From: Candidatus Krumholzibacteriota bacterium
Lineage (GTDB): Bacteria; Krumholzibacteriota; Krumholzibacteriia; JAJRXK01
Assembly (NCBI GenBank): GCA_963727455.1
Contig: CAVSGG010000008.1
Location: 1 to 64,000 of the forward strand
Length of the DNA: 64,000 nucleotides
Direction: 5' to 3'
In this document: piece after piece, positions 51,416-60,914 of the stretch
How positions within the stretch are numbered: position 1 is the stretch's first letter
Layout of the letters: the number at the start of each line of letters is the position of its first letter
Translations under genes and position numbers: made by a program
The notes under the pieces: generated by a model
Told to the model about the DNA's origin: nothing
Seen by the model: the letters and a program-made list of their open reading frames with translations, nothing else
The model's database searches: none

Positions 51416-51432
51416 GCAGCGGAACCTCCCTC

Positions 51433-52680
51433 TCAGGTCAATTCCGGATACAGGGGATGTGCGTTGGCGAGACTTCGGCTGCGCTGGCGAAGTTCCTCGA
51501 GCTCCGGACTCTCGAGTCCCACGCTCAGCGCGCGGCCGATGATCTCCGCGATCTCTTCCATTTCGGCTTCCTTCATGCCGCGCGTGGTAAGAGCAGGAGT
51601 TCCGATGCGGATTCCACTGGTGACGAAGGGCGATTCCGGGTCGAAGGGAATGGTGTTCTTGTTCACCGTGATGCCGACTTTCTCGAGAATCTCCTCGGCG
51701 GCTTTGCCGGTCAGCTTTTTTCCCCTGACGTCCACCAGTAGCAGGTGCGTATCCGTACCTCCACTCACCAAGCGGAGACCGTGTTCGGTGAGACGCTCTC
51801 CCAGCCTCTTGGCATTGGCGAGAGTTTGCTTCTGATCGACGAGGAAGGGCTCCCGCATCGCCTCCAGAAAGCAAACCGCTTTGGCGGCGATGATGTGCAT
51901 GAAAGGCCCGCCCTGAGTCCCGGGAAAGTTGATTTTGTTGACCGCTTTGGAACTCTCGGGATCCATGGTGAGAATCAAGCCCCCACGCGGACCTCGCAGA
52001 GTCTTGTGCGTGGTAGAAGTCACTACGGTCGCGTGCGGCATGGGATCGGGATGCAACTTTGCCGCGACCAGGCCGGCGAAGTGCGCCATGTCGACCAGAA
52101 GCGGAATCTCGAGTTCGCGTGAAATCTGTCCCAATTTCTTGAAATCCCAGGCGCGCGGATAGGCGCTGCTTCCGGTGACCAAGAGCGCGGGGCGCAGTTC
52201 CTTGCACTGCTTCTTCAAGGCATCGTAGTCGATTCTCTCGCTCTCGCGATCCACCTCGTAGTGGTGAGCCTCGAAGAGCATTCCACTGAAGTTGACCTTG
52301 TGCCCGTGGGTGAGGTGGCCCCCGTGACTCAAACTGAGTCCCAGCACTTTCGATCCGGGATTCACGAAGGCAAGGTAGGCCGTGAGATTCGCAGAGGAAC
52401 CTGAGTGAGGCTGCACATTGGCGTAGGCGGCACCGAAAAGCTCCTTGGCTCGATCGCGCGCAAGCCGCTCCGCCTCATCGACGAATTCGCAGCCCCCGTA
52501 GTAACGGCGTCCAGGGTATCCCTCCGCGTACTTGTTGGTGAGTACGCTGCCCATCGCTTCCATCACTGCCAAACTGGTGAAGTTCTCGCTCGCGATCATC
52601 TCCAACTGGCCGCGTTGGCGGTTCAGTTCGTTGTTCACCACTTCGGCAATCGCGGGATCAACCGACTTCAGGTTGTTCAT
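51433..52680 (-). CDS. glyA: Serine hydroxymethyltransferase
   Basis: [15 protein letters not shown] and [12 protein letters not shown] motifs. Confidence 0.99.
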   Translation of the reverse strand: MNNLKSVDPAIAEVVNNELNRQRGQLEMIASENFTSLAVMEAMGSVLTNKYAEGYPGRRYYGGCEFVDEAERLARDRAKELFGAAYANVQPHSGSSANLTAYLAFVNPGSKVLGLSLSHGGHLTHGHKVNFSGMLFEAHHYEVDRESERIDYDALKKQCKELRPALLVTGSSAYPRAWDFKKLGQISRELEIPLLVDMAHFAGLVAAKLHPDPMPHATVVTSTTHKTLRGPRGGLILTMDPESSKAVNKINFPGTQGGPFMHIIAAKAVCFLEAMREPFLVDQKQTLANAKRLGERLTEHGLRLVSGGTDTHLLLVDVRGKKLTGKAAEEILEKVGITVNKNTIPFDPESPFVTSGIRIGTPALTTRGMKEAEMEEIAEIIGRALSVGLESPELEELRQRSRSLANAHPLYPELT

Positions 52681-53152
52681 GATCTTCCCTCTCGCTCAAG
52701 TCGTCCACGAGTCGCGGAAGCGCGGCTCGCAGATGCTCTTCGATCGAAGCCCAGGTCTCGCGGTAGCGCGCCGGATCCCCGCCGTAGGGATCGATGAGAT
52801 CGCCCTTCTCCGTGAGGCCGGAAAATTCGGAGAGACAGTACACCTTTCCTCGCGCCATAGGGTAGGCACGGAGAATGGCGTCCCGGTGGCTTTTGGTCAT
52901 GGTCAAAATCAGGTCGCTCTGCCCTACGAGATCGGGATTCAAGGGACGCGTTCGGTGGGAACTCAGGTCCGCTCCCTGCTCGCGGGCCACGAGCTGGGCG
53001 TTGAGCGATGCCGGCTGGCCCAGCGGAGCCTTGAGACCGGCGGACGAAACTCGGGGCGGCTTGGAAACACGGTCCAAGAGGCGCCGCGCCAGGACCTCGG
53101 CCATGGGGCTGCGGCAGCTATTGCCAGTGCATACGAAAAGAAGAGAACTCAT
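52658..53152 (-). CDS. Low-molecular-weight protein phosphatase (YwlE/Ptp-like)
   Basis: [14 protein letters not shown]-loop and DPYG motif. Confidence 0.92.
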   Translation of the reverse strand: MSSLLFVCTGNSCRSPMAEVLARRLLDRVSKPPRVSSAGLKAPLGQPASLNAQLVAREQGADLSSHRTRPLNPDLVGQSDLILTMTKSHRDAILRAYPMARGKVYCLSEFSGLTEKGDLIDPYGGDPARYRETWASIEEHLRAALPRLVDDLSEREDHEQPEVG

Positions 53153-53210
53153 AGTGAAATCGTAAGTTGTGAGATTTGCTGCTGAAGCCTATTCATCCCC
53201 CGCGGCAAAG

Positions 53211-53774
53211 TCAAGCCGGCGGAGGCCACGGCAGATGACCCTTCCTGAGGAGCTGAGGATGGTCCCCGCGCAAGTCCACCAGGGTCGAGGCGACGCCGGG
53301 CGCGACCTCTCCCAGGGCGAAGAACGCGAGCTGGGGAAAGCGCGCACAGGCCTCCTCCAGGCTGGTAGCCGGCTCCTCCCCGGCCCGATTGGCACTGGTG
53401 GAAAAGAGCGGCGCACCGAGCTCTTCCAACAGGGCGCGCAAGGGGGCACAGCCGGGCACACGCGCTGCGATGCTCCCTCCCTCCGCGATCCACTCCGGCG
53501 GAGCGCTCTCACTCGCAGAGAGGAGCACGGTCAAAGCCCCGGGCCAGGTTCGCCGGAGCAGGCCCAGCGTTTCATCCTTGGGCCGAACCGCATGCCGAAG
53601 CACCGCTTCGAGTGAGGGAAAAAGCAGCAGGAAGGGCCGTCCATCCGCCGAGCCTTTCAACTCGCGGAGCAATTGCGCCGCAGCGGGCAAGGTGGCCAGG
53701 GCGTGCAGGCCGGGAAGAGTATCGGTATCCAGCAGTACGACTTTGCCCGCGCGGAGTGTCCCCGCCGCGTTCAC
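53211..53774 (-). CDS. TsaC/Sua5 (YrdC) family protein, divergent
   Basis: WPGALT, ARVP and STSAN motifs, STLVD; atypical DTDTLPGL. Confidence 0.8.
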   Translation of the reverse strand: MNAAGTLRAGKVVLLDTDTLPGLHALATLPAAAQLLRELKGSADGRPFLLLFPSLEAVLRHAVRPKDETLGLLRRTWPGALTVLLSASESAPPEWIAEGGSIAARVPGCAPLRALLEELGAPLFSTSANRAGEEPATSLEEACARFPQLAFFALGEVAPGVASTLVDLRGDHPQLLRKGHLPWPPPA

Positions 53775-54250
53775 CGTGTGCCCTCAGCCATCTCTTGGCG
53801 GACTTCCTCGACCTTGTCCGAGAGCTCGGAGTTAGACATGGCCAGAATCCGCGCCGCGAGATGAGCGGCGTTCTTCGCTCCCGCCTTGCCCACGGCCAGA
53901 CTCGCCACTGGCACTCCGGCCGGCATCTGCGCGATCGAGAGCAGGGCATCCACCCCGTCCAAGACACCTCCGGGCAGAGGAACGCCGAGCACGGGTTTCG
54001 CGCTGAGCGATGCAACGACCCCCGGAAGATGGGCCGCCATGCCCGCCATCGCGATGAAGAGAGCACAACCTCTACCCTCCATCTCGTCCACCCAGGAGCG
54101 CAAGAGGTCAGCTTGGCGGTGGGCGCTGATCACTCGGTCTTCGTGGGGAATCTGGTAGCGATCGAGAATGGCGATACAGGCCTTCACCATCTCGGCGTCA
54201 CTGGGACTTCCCGAGACGATCCCGACGAGTGGCAGCGAGTTCATGCTCAC
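53771..54250 (-). CDS. purE: N5-CAIR mutase
   Basis: GSPSD, SAHR, AGMAAHLPG and SIAQMPAGVPVA motifs. Confidence 0.97.
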   Translation of the reverse strand: MSMNSLPLVGIVSGSPSDAEMVKACIAILDRYQIPHEDRVISAHRQADLLRSWVDEMEGRGCALFIAMAGMAAHLPGVVASLSAKPVLGVPLPGGVLDGVDALLSIAQMPAGVPVASLAVGKAGAKNAAHLAARILAMSNSELSDKVEEVRQEMAEGTR

Positions 54251-55512
54251 TCTGCTCCCTCCTTGGCTGCGATATCCTTGCGCATTTGAACTCCTTCGAA
54301 CTGAAGCCTCGTCGCCAGCCTCCGGGCCCCATCCATGGCGGTCGGTAGGGTTTCCGAGCGCGCCACCGCACAGAGCACGCGCCCACCCTTGGTCAGCCAG
54401 CGCCCCTGATCGCGGCAGGTTCCCGCATGAAAGACCAGGGCCCCGTCCTGGAGAGCGTCCAAGCCCTCGATGACCCGCCCCAGGCGCGGCTCTTCAGGAT
54501 AGCCCTCCGAAGCCAGGACCACCCCCACTGCCGCGCCTTGCAGGGGCAGAGCGCCCTCCACCGGCAGCCTACCTTCAGCTGCGCCGTGCAGGAGTGGATA
54601 GAGGTCCCCCGGGAACACAGGCAGCACGACCTGGGTCTCCGGATCTCCGAAGCGACAATTGTACTCGAGTAGTTTCGGTCCGTCTTCGGTGAGAATCAGC
54701 CCCAAGTAGAGCAGGCCGCGATAGTCCAGTTCTCGCCGCCCCAATTCTCGCAGAGTGGGAGTCAAAATCTCGTCGACGATGCGGCTCATCAAGCCCTCGT
54801 CGGCCTCGGCTACCGGAGTGTAAGCCCCCATGCCGCCGGTGTTGGGTCCCGTGTCGCCATCACGCAGTCGCTTGTGGTCGCGGCTGGGGGCGAACCACGC
54901 CGCTCGGGTTCCGTCCAGGAGCACGAAGACGGAGAGCTCGGGCCCGAAGAGTCTCTCCTCGAGCAGCACGACCTTCCCTGCCGAGCCGAAAGCATTCTTC
55001 AAAAGGATGGTTCGCAGGGCCGATTCCGCCTGGGCCGTATCCTCGCAGACGATGACGCCCTTCCCCGCGGCCAGGCCACTCGCTTTCACCACGCAGGGCC
55101 CTGGATTGCACCGAAGCCACTCTTGCGCGGAAGGCAGCTCCGTGAAGCTCTTCGAGCGCGCGCAGGGAATCCCCGCCGCGCGCATGAATTCCTTGGCGTA
55201 GGACTTGTCGCCTTCCAAGCGCGCGGCCAACGCCGAGGGACCGAAGACCGCAACCCCCTTCTCCCGCAGACGATCCGCGAGGCCCTCGACGAGGGGTTTC
55301 TCCGGGCCGATGACGACCAAGTCCACCTCGTGCCGCAGCGCAGCCTGCACCCAGCTTTCCGCTTCGTTGGCGTCGACCAAGCGCGCACAGGCGCCCATGG
55401 CATCACTGCCGGGGGCCGCGAAGATCTCGCTCACTTTGTTCGATTGGGCTAGCTTCCACGCGAGCGCGTGCTCACGCCCACCGCTGCCGATGATCAGAAC
55501 CCTGCCCGCCAT
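54247..55512 (-). CDS. purD: Phosphoribosylamine--glycine ligase
   Basis: GSGGREHAL, GLAAGKGV, GPNTGGMG and EYNCRFGDPE motifs. Confidence 0.98.
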   Translation of the reverse strand: MAGRVLIIGSGGREHALAWKLAQSNKVSEIFAAPGSDAMGACARLVDANEAESWVQAALRHEVDLVVIGPEKPLVEGLADRLREKGVAVFGPSALAARLEGDKSYAKEFMRAAGIPCARSKSFTELPSAQEWLRCNPGPCVVKASGLAAGKGVIVCEDTAQAESALRTILLKNAFGSAGKVVLLEERLFGPELSVFVLLDGTRAAWFAPSRDHKRLRDGDTGPNTGGMGAYTPVAEADEGLMSRIVDEILTPTLRELGRRELDYRGLLYLGLILTEDGPKLLEYNCRFGDPETQVVLPVFPGDLYPLLHGAAEGRLPVEGALPLQGAAVGVVLASEGYPEEPRLGRVIEGLDALQDGALVFHAGTCRDQGRWLTKGGRVLCAVARSETLPTAMDGARRLATRLQFEGVQMRKDIAAKEGAE

Positions 55513-55556
55513 GGTTCCTATCGTCCCGAGAGAATCCGGCTGTTTGTCGCGGCCCT

Positions 55557-56729
55557 TTACGTCAAGGTTTCCGCGTAGGCTTTCAGGCGGGAGACTCCCT
55601 CGGCCAGATTCTCGCGCGAGTTGGCGTAGCTGAATCTGAGGTACCCGTCGCCGAAGGAACCGAAGGAGGTTCCCGCCAATGCAGCTACACCATACTCATC
55701 GAGTAGGGTCGACGCGAACTCGCGGCACGGTACCCCCAGCTTCTTGATGTTGGGGAAGACGTAGAACGCGCCGCCCGGGGTGAGACAGCTCACGCCGGGG
55801 ACTTCGTTCAGGAGGCCGACGACGAGATCGCGGCGTTCCTTGAACTCCTTCACCATGGCCTGGGCTCCCGATTGGTCACCAAGGAGCGCCTCCACTCCAG
55901 CCAATTGGGTGAAGGTCGAGGTACACGAGGTGGAGTTGGTCTGCAGCCTGGCGATGCTGGGAGCCAAGCTCTGCGGCATCACGCCAAACCCCAAACGCCA
56001 CCCGGTCATGGCATAGGTCTTCGAATGCCCATCGAGCACGATCGTGCGGTCCTGCATGCCCTCGATCTCGAGCATGCTGTGGTGCTTCCTGTCGTAGATG
56101 ATCTTGGAGTAGATTTCGTCGCTCAGTACCCAGCAGTCGTGCTCCTTGGCGACCTCGGCCACTGCCTTCAGATCCTCTGGGGACAGAACGCCACCGCAGG
56201 GATTACCCGGGGTGTTGATGATGATCAGCTTGGTCCTGTCATTCGCCAGCCGCCGCAACTCTTTTGGATCGATGCTGAAACCGTTCTCTTCACGCAGAGG
56301 AAGAGGAACTGCCTTGCCGCCGGTGAAGTGGATCATCGATTCGTAGATGGGGAAACCAGGATTGGGATAAATGACTTCATCACCCTCCTGGACGAGTGCA
56401 GTGAGCACGAAATAGATGATGGGCTTGGCGCCAGGCGTGATCACGATCTGATCCCCGTCGACCTCGACTCCACGGTCCTTGCTAAACCACTTCGCGAAGC
56501 TCTCTCTCGCCTCCGGCAGACCCGCGGAGGGACCATAGTGGGTCGCGCCGCCTTTCAACGCCTTGACCGCGGCCTCCACGATGTTCGCGGGGGTATCGAA
56601 GTCGGGTTCCCCGATCTCCAGGTGAACGACGCTTTTCCCCGCAGCTTCGAGCTTCTTGGCCCGTGCCAGGACCTCGAATGCGGTCTCGGTGCCGAGCCTC
56701 TCCATCCTAGACGCCAGTTCTTTCGCCAC
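55557..56729 (-). CDS. Class I/II PLP-dependent aminotransferase (aspartate aminotransferase-like)
   Basis: IGEPDF, NTPGNPCG, SDEIY and SKTYAMTGWRLG motifs; GTG start 56729 with GGAGG upstream. Confidence 0.93.
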   Translation of the reverse strand: MAKELASRMERLGTETAFEVLARAKKLEAAGKSVVHLEIGEPDFDTPANIVEAAVKALKGGATHYGPSAGLPEARESFAKWFSKDRGVEVDGDQIVITPGAKPIIYFVLTALVQEGDEVIYPNPGFPIYESMIHFTGGKAVPLPLREENGFSIDPKELRRLANDRTKLIIINTPGNPCGGVLSPEDLKAVAEVAKEHDCWVLSDEIYSKIIYDRKHHSMLEIEGMQDRTIVLDGHSKTYAMTGWRLGFGVMPQSLAPSIARLQTNSTSCTSTFTQLAGVEALLGDQSGAQAMVKEFKERRDLVVGLLNEVPGVSCLTPGGAFYVFPNIKKLGVPCREFASTLLDEYGVAALAGTSFGSFGDGYLRFSYANSRENLAEGVSRLKAYAETLT

Positions 56730-56899
56730 GACGGCTACCTCCCCACCAGGGTACGGAAATTGAGATGAGACCCAGCGAATGTAGTCCCTTGGGGGCAAAA
56801 ACTCCAAGCGCCCCTGTGAAAGAAAATAAGGAATGAGAGGAACTGCGAGTCGCGAGAGAGGATGGACTCAGGCTCAAGCGCCGATAGGCTCGGCCGCAC

Positions 56900-58489
56900 T
56901 CAGGCCAGACTTTTCAGGTAGTCCTGGATTTCGTCGTAAATCTCTCGGCGCAATCCGGACTTGTCCCTGGCCAGGCGGCGCAGTTCGACGCCGCGGATGT
57001 ATTTGACGTGGATGAAACGCCGGACCAGCTTCACCGGCAGACGTACTGGCGAGCGGACGATCGCTAGGGGTACATCCTTGTTCGCGAAGCCGGAGTGAAG
57101 CTTCTTGGTAGTGGCGATGTACTCCAGCACGGCGGGGAGCCGGCAGGAACTCGCGATGAAGTTTACGATTCCCGGCTTGTTCACGACCTTGGGATTGCGG
57201 AGTAGCCCGAGCAGGATGCTCGTATTGTTGATGTTGGCCATAATGAGGTCTTTCACATTCTCGTTTTCCTCCACCTCGTCCTCTTCGGAAGTGGGAGGAA
57301 ACGGCAGGCCCAAGGGTGCCCGCACGCGTCGGGCAGCATGCAGGTCGAAGCGTATGACCAACTCTCCATTCTGGAGCTCCACGCCGTCAATCTTCGAGGA
57401 TTCCAGTACTCGTTCGACGCTCGGCCCCACCCTGAGCCTCAAGCTGTTTTCCTCGGCATACTGGTAACTCAGGAGGACCGATTCGAGAGAATCGATCGGG
57501 ATCGGCCGGAGCTTGTGAGCAAAAAGCGTTCTTCCGATTTCCATGAGCAGCCGGGAGTAGTACACCAGCTTTTTGTTCTCGATGGGACGTTCGTGCATCG
57601 CATTCAGTAAACCCACCATGGGCTGTAGCAACTCTTCCGTCTCAAAGAGGTCGAGAATTCGCTCGAGTTCCTCCGGCGCCAGGGTTTCGCGAAATACCGA
57701 ATGCTGCTCGTTGAAAAGGCGGCAGTCTTTGCTCTCTTGCAGTGCGTCCAGAAAATTGGAGACCTCTCGAATAGACACGTCGAGTTCGACCAGCCTGGGC
57801 ATCATGGTGCCTACCGCTTTGGCCGCGTAGGGATCGATCTCCCCCGCGATGGCGGCCGCTCGCTGCTGGGCCGCATGCTGTTCGAGGCGCGCCAGACGCA
57901 CGAAGGCGCTCAATTTCCGCTCTGGCAACTCTTCCTTCTCGCGGAGCTCCTCGTGAAGGATACCGAAGACCTTCCGCGGTATGCGGGCCGCGCCCAAGTC
58001 AAGCGGCGAGGGAAGCGCAAAGGGATTTTGTTCGTGAGGAAGAAGATCGGCCAGCTCGCGTTCGACGGCTTCGATCTCGTCCAGGAGTTCGGCCTGCAAC
58101 GGTTCGAGGGTCTGACCCCGATCCCTTCGGTGACGGTAGCGTGTTCCAACCCGATGAAGATGGCGGAATTCGAAGACACCCTCGATGACCGAGGAGCCCT
58201 GTGCCCTCACCGCGATGAACGCCGCCAGTCCGGCGATCCCGGAGTTCTCGTCGTCCGCCGCGACTGCGAACAAACCCTTCAGCATCTCCTTGAGGGAATC
58301 ACTTCCGATTCGTTTGCGCAGTGACTCGGTGAGAAGTTGAGCGCGCTTGATGAGCTCCCCTTCCCCCTCCAGCTGGTGCAACCAGCGTCGCACCACCGGA
58401 CGCGGACGGCAACGTGCCAGCGCCTTTGTCCGGATTTCGAGCAGAGGTTCAGTCGTCAAGAGGGGGCTGGCTGTCTGGGATTGACTCAT
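56900..58489 (-). CDS. Hypothetical alpha-helical protein
   Basis: 529-aa ORF with coding-like composition; C-terminal helical repeats (LLRNPK, AIVRSP, ELRRLARDK). Confidence 0.75.
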   Translation of the reverse strand: MSQSQTASPLLTTEPLLEIRTKALARCRPRPVVRRWLHQLEGEGELIKRAQLLTESLRKRIGSDSLKEMLKGLFAVAADDENSGIAGLAAFIAVRAQGSSVIEGVFEFRHLHRVGTRYRHRRDRGQTLEPLQAELLDEIEAVERELADLLPHEQNPFALPSPLDLGAARIPRKVFGILHEELREKEELPERKLSAFVRLARLEQHAAQQRAAAIAGEIDPYAAKAVGTMMPRLVELDVSIREVSNFLDALQESKDCRLFNEQHSVFRETLAPEELERILDLFETEELLQPMVGLLNAMHERPIENKKLVYYSRLLMEIGRTLFAHKLRPIPIDSLESVLLSYQYAEENSLRLRVGPSVERVLESSKIDGVELQNGELVIRFDLHAARRVRAPLGLPFPPTSEEDEVEENENVKDLIMANINNTSILLGLLRNPKVVNKPGIVNFIASSCRLPAVLEYIATTKKLHSGFANKDVPLAIVRSPVRLPVKLVRRFIHVKYIRGVELRRLARDKSGLRREIYDEIQDYLKSLA

Positions 58490-58563
58490 ACTTCCTCATG
58501 AGGGAGAGAAGTTCCGCATTGAAGTGCCTATGCAGAACGGATGCAATCATCACACCACCCCAC

Positions 58564-60159
58564 TCAGTCCTTCCCTCCCAATCGCAACGAGAACCCGAGT
58601 CCTCCAGAGAATTCAAAAAGCTCACAGGGGTCCCGTACCAATCGCAGCCACACGCCGGCTCTGCAGCTACCGTCACGCCGGGCCAACGCGCAGAGCAGTC
58701 CCGACCCGCCAGGCTGAAGCCAGGTACTCGCGAGACCTGCCGCTGAAACCCCGACCGCCCAGGGCGAGGAACGATCGCCCCTTGCCAGTGCCATAATCCC
58801 TCGCCAAAGCCACTCTCTTCCCCGTTCGAGACTCAGCGCCAGGAGAGTGGCCACGGTGTCATTTCGCCGCTGATGGCGAAAGCGTAGGCCGCGCCGCAGT
58901 GCGCCGCCGTGCGCCCTCTCCTGCCAATCCACTTTGAGAGTGAACGCGGTCGGTTCCTCTCGCTCTTCGTCAACTTGCAGGGAGACGGCGAGACGTGTTG
59001 CGGCCAGGGGACCCGAGGCTCTCAACTGCCAGCGCTCGTCGAGGCGTGCCTGCCCCGTCTTGCCGCGACGGCGCAGTCGGGCCAGAGCGGCGAAGGTCCA
59101 AGCTCCTCCACTCAGGCGGCCACTGGTCTGAATCACGCGGTGCTCGCGGTCGGTGGGCTGGCCGGTGATGGGATCCTGGCCTCCGGTATCCCCGGGCCCG
59201 GCCTGTGTCATCGCGATCCCCCACCGAGCGGGGCCGTCCTGAACCTCCATTGCCGCGGAGATTCGATCCGAAAGGGAAGGGCTGGTGCCCAGGGGATGCA
59301 CCCATTCCAGGCGAGCCCGTAAGTCCTCCTGGTGCAGCGCGAGGGACAACCCCGCCTGAGCGCGATCGCGAAGTGCCAGTCCCAGACTCGTTCCCGAAGA
59401 GCCCGCGAAATGGTGCTCCAGGAGAGCGAGAAAGGGCGCGCCTCGTGAGCCTTCTCGTGCGCTTTGTGCCAAGAGAAGATGCCAGCCTTTGAGCTCGAGT
59501 TCGAGGCCCCCACCGTGCCAGCTTTCACCAAAGGAACTGAGACGAGGACGCAGGCGAGCTGTTCCGTTCAGGGAGGGAGCGGCGGTCCGCGAACGTAGCG
59601 AGGGGTTGTCCAAAAGAAGAGGCCAGGGGAGCTTGGGGCGGAAGTCGCCCACGATCACTCTCCCCCAGCTTGCACTCCAGCTCGCCGTCGAAGCGCTCAC
59701 GACACTTCGTCCGGGTTCCCCTTGTGCGAGAATCGTCAGCTCATCGCGTTGCGCAAGCAAACGGGATCGATGTCGTGCACCCGCGTTTGGATTCCAAGCG
59801 CTACGATCTTCGTAACGGAGCTGGGTCTCGTGAACCCTCGGGTCCAAAGTGACGAAAGGAGTCAGAGCGGCGATGCGAGATTGGTCCATGCCGGGGATGC
59901 CCTCGAGGTCCTTCAGAGCGGAGAGCCCGCCGTGTTCTCGCAGCCCCACGATCGCGCCGGCCAAGCCAGCGTCCAGCCAGGGCAAAAGGGCCAGCTCCTC
60001 CTCGGTCGCGAGTTGGAGATCCAGAGGTTGGACCAGCCACTCCTCGAGTTGATCGATTATTTCATCGCTTTGCGAGGCGCGGGCCACCCACCTGCTTTGC
60101 AAGGGGCCGATACAGAGAAACAGAATCAAGAAGATGCTCACGCGACTGCTCCGCCTCAT
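58564..60159 (-). CDS. Secreted helix-hairpin-helix (ComEA-like) protein with a probable beta-barrel C-terminal part
   Basis: Signal peptide; PLDLQLATEEELALLPWL..LAGAIV..R..GG..DL..IPG HhH motif; amphipathic beta strands; start ATG 60159 overlaps the upstream stop. Confidence 0.75.
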   Translation of the reverse strand: MRRSSRVSIFLILFLCIGPLQSRWVARASQSDEIIDQLEEWLVQPLDLQLATEEELALLPWLDAGLAGAIVGLREHGGLSALKDLEGIPGMDQSRIAALTPFVTLDPRVHETQLRYEDRSAWNPNAGARHRSRLLAQRDELTILAQGEPGRSVVSASTASWSASWGRVIVGDFRPKLPWPLLLDNPSLRSRTAAPSLNGTARLRPRLSSFGESWHGGGLELELKGWHLLLAQSAREGSRGAPFLALLEHHFAGSSGTSLGLALRDRAQAGLSLALHQEDLRARLEWVHPLGTSPSLSDRISAAMEVQDGPARWGIAMTQAGPGDTGGQDPITGQPTDREHRVIQTSGRLSGGAWTFAALARLRRRGKTGQARLDERWQLRASGPLAATRLAVSLQVDEEREEPTAFTLKVDWQERAHGGALRRGLRFRHQRRNDTVATLLALSLERGREWLWRGIMALARGDRSSPWAVGVSAAGLASTWLQPGGSGLLCALARRDGSCRAGVWLRLVRDPCELFEFSGGLGFSLRLGGKD

Positions 60160-60914
60160 CTGGGCTCCCTCCCCCGGCGCCCACCGAGTTCCAGCGCGAG
60201 ATAGGGTCCCGCGTCGATGCTGGACACGAGAGGAAGTGCGAGCAGGAGATTGAGAGGGGAAAGACTCAAGCCCAGGTGCAGGCTCCCTCCGCTTCCGTCT
60301 CCTCGACAGGCCAGTGAAAGCGGAGCAAGCAGTAACTCCAGGCCCGCACTCCAGACGCCGCGTTCTTCGAAGGGAGAATCCTCTCGCATCAGCGCCGCCA
60401 CCCAACCACTTCCCTTTAGTTCGAACACGTACGCGGCAGTCGCCGGGAGTCGAGCAGGCCTGTGGTCCAGTGGAAACTCCTGCTCGAGCCCGAAGGAGAA
60501 GCCTCGCGTGCTCATCACCAAAGCCAGCTCGGCCCGCGCACTCAGCTCGCTGGCAATCGTCTCCACTACTCTTTCTTGCCGGTGCACGCGGGCGTGCAGA
60601 CCAAGCGACGGCCCCTCGACTCGAATCCCCAAGCCAAAGTTCTGTTCGGAATAGGCCGCTGCGTGTAGCTGCCCGACCAGGGCCCAAACGTGGAGGGAGG
60701 AACTCGGTGTCCAGCTACCCTCCAACCAGGCCTGACTGGTGAGCGCGAAGCTGACCGGGTTTCCTGCCGCCAGCCGCAGCCTGGCCGTGGGTGCTCTCAT
60801 CCAGGAATCGCCAGGGAGGGTTTCCAGGCGCTTCGGTCCCGAGAAGCTCCCGGCTTGAGCGCTCGCGTGCAAGCATGAGAGCAAGACCATACCTAGCAGG
60901 CTCGGCCACTTCAT
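60156..60914 (-). CDS. Hypothetical secreted, probable outer-membrane beta-barrel protein
   Basis: Signal peptide MKWPSLLGMVLLSCLHASA/Q; alternating beta strands; translationally coupled on both sides. Confidence 0.65.
   Translation of the reverse strand: MKWPSLLGMVLLSCLHASAQAGSFSGPKRLETLPGDSWMRAPTARLRLAAGNPVSFALTSQAWLEGSWTPSSSLHVWALVGQLHAAAYSEQNFGLGIRVEGPSLGLHARVHRQERVVETIASELSARAELALVMSTRGFSFGLEQEFPLDHRPARLPATAAYVFELKGSGWVAALMREDSPFEERGVWSAGLELLLAPLSLACRGDGSGGSLHLGLSLSPLNLLLALPLVSSIDAGPYLALELGGRRGREPR

Noticed and set aside
50936-52207. Apparent 423-aa NrdR with a long N-terminal extension
   Set aside because: The extension overlaps glyA in another frame; the true start is MRCPNC at 51415 with an SD.
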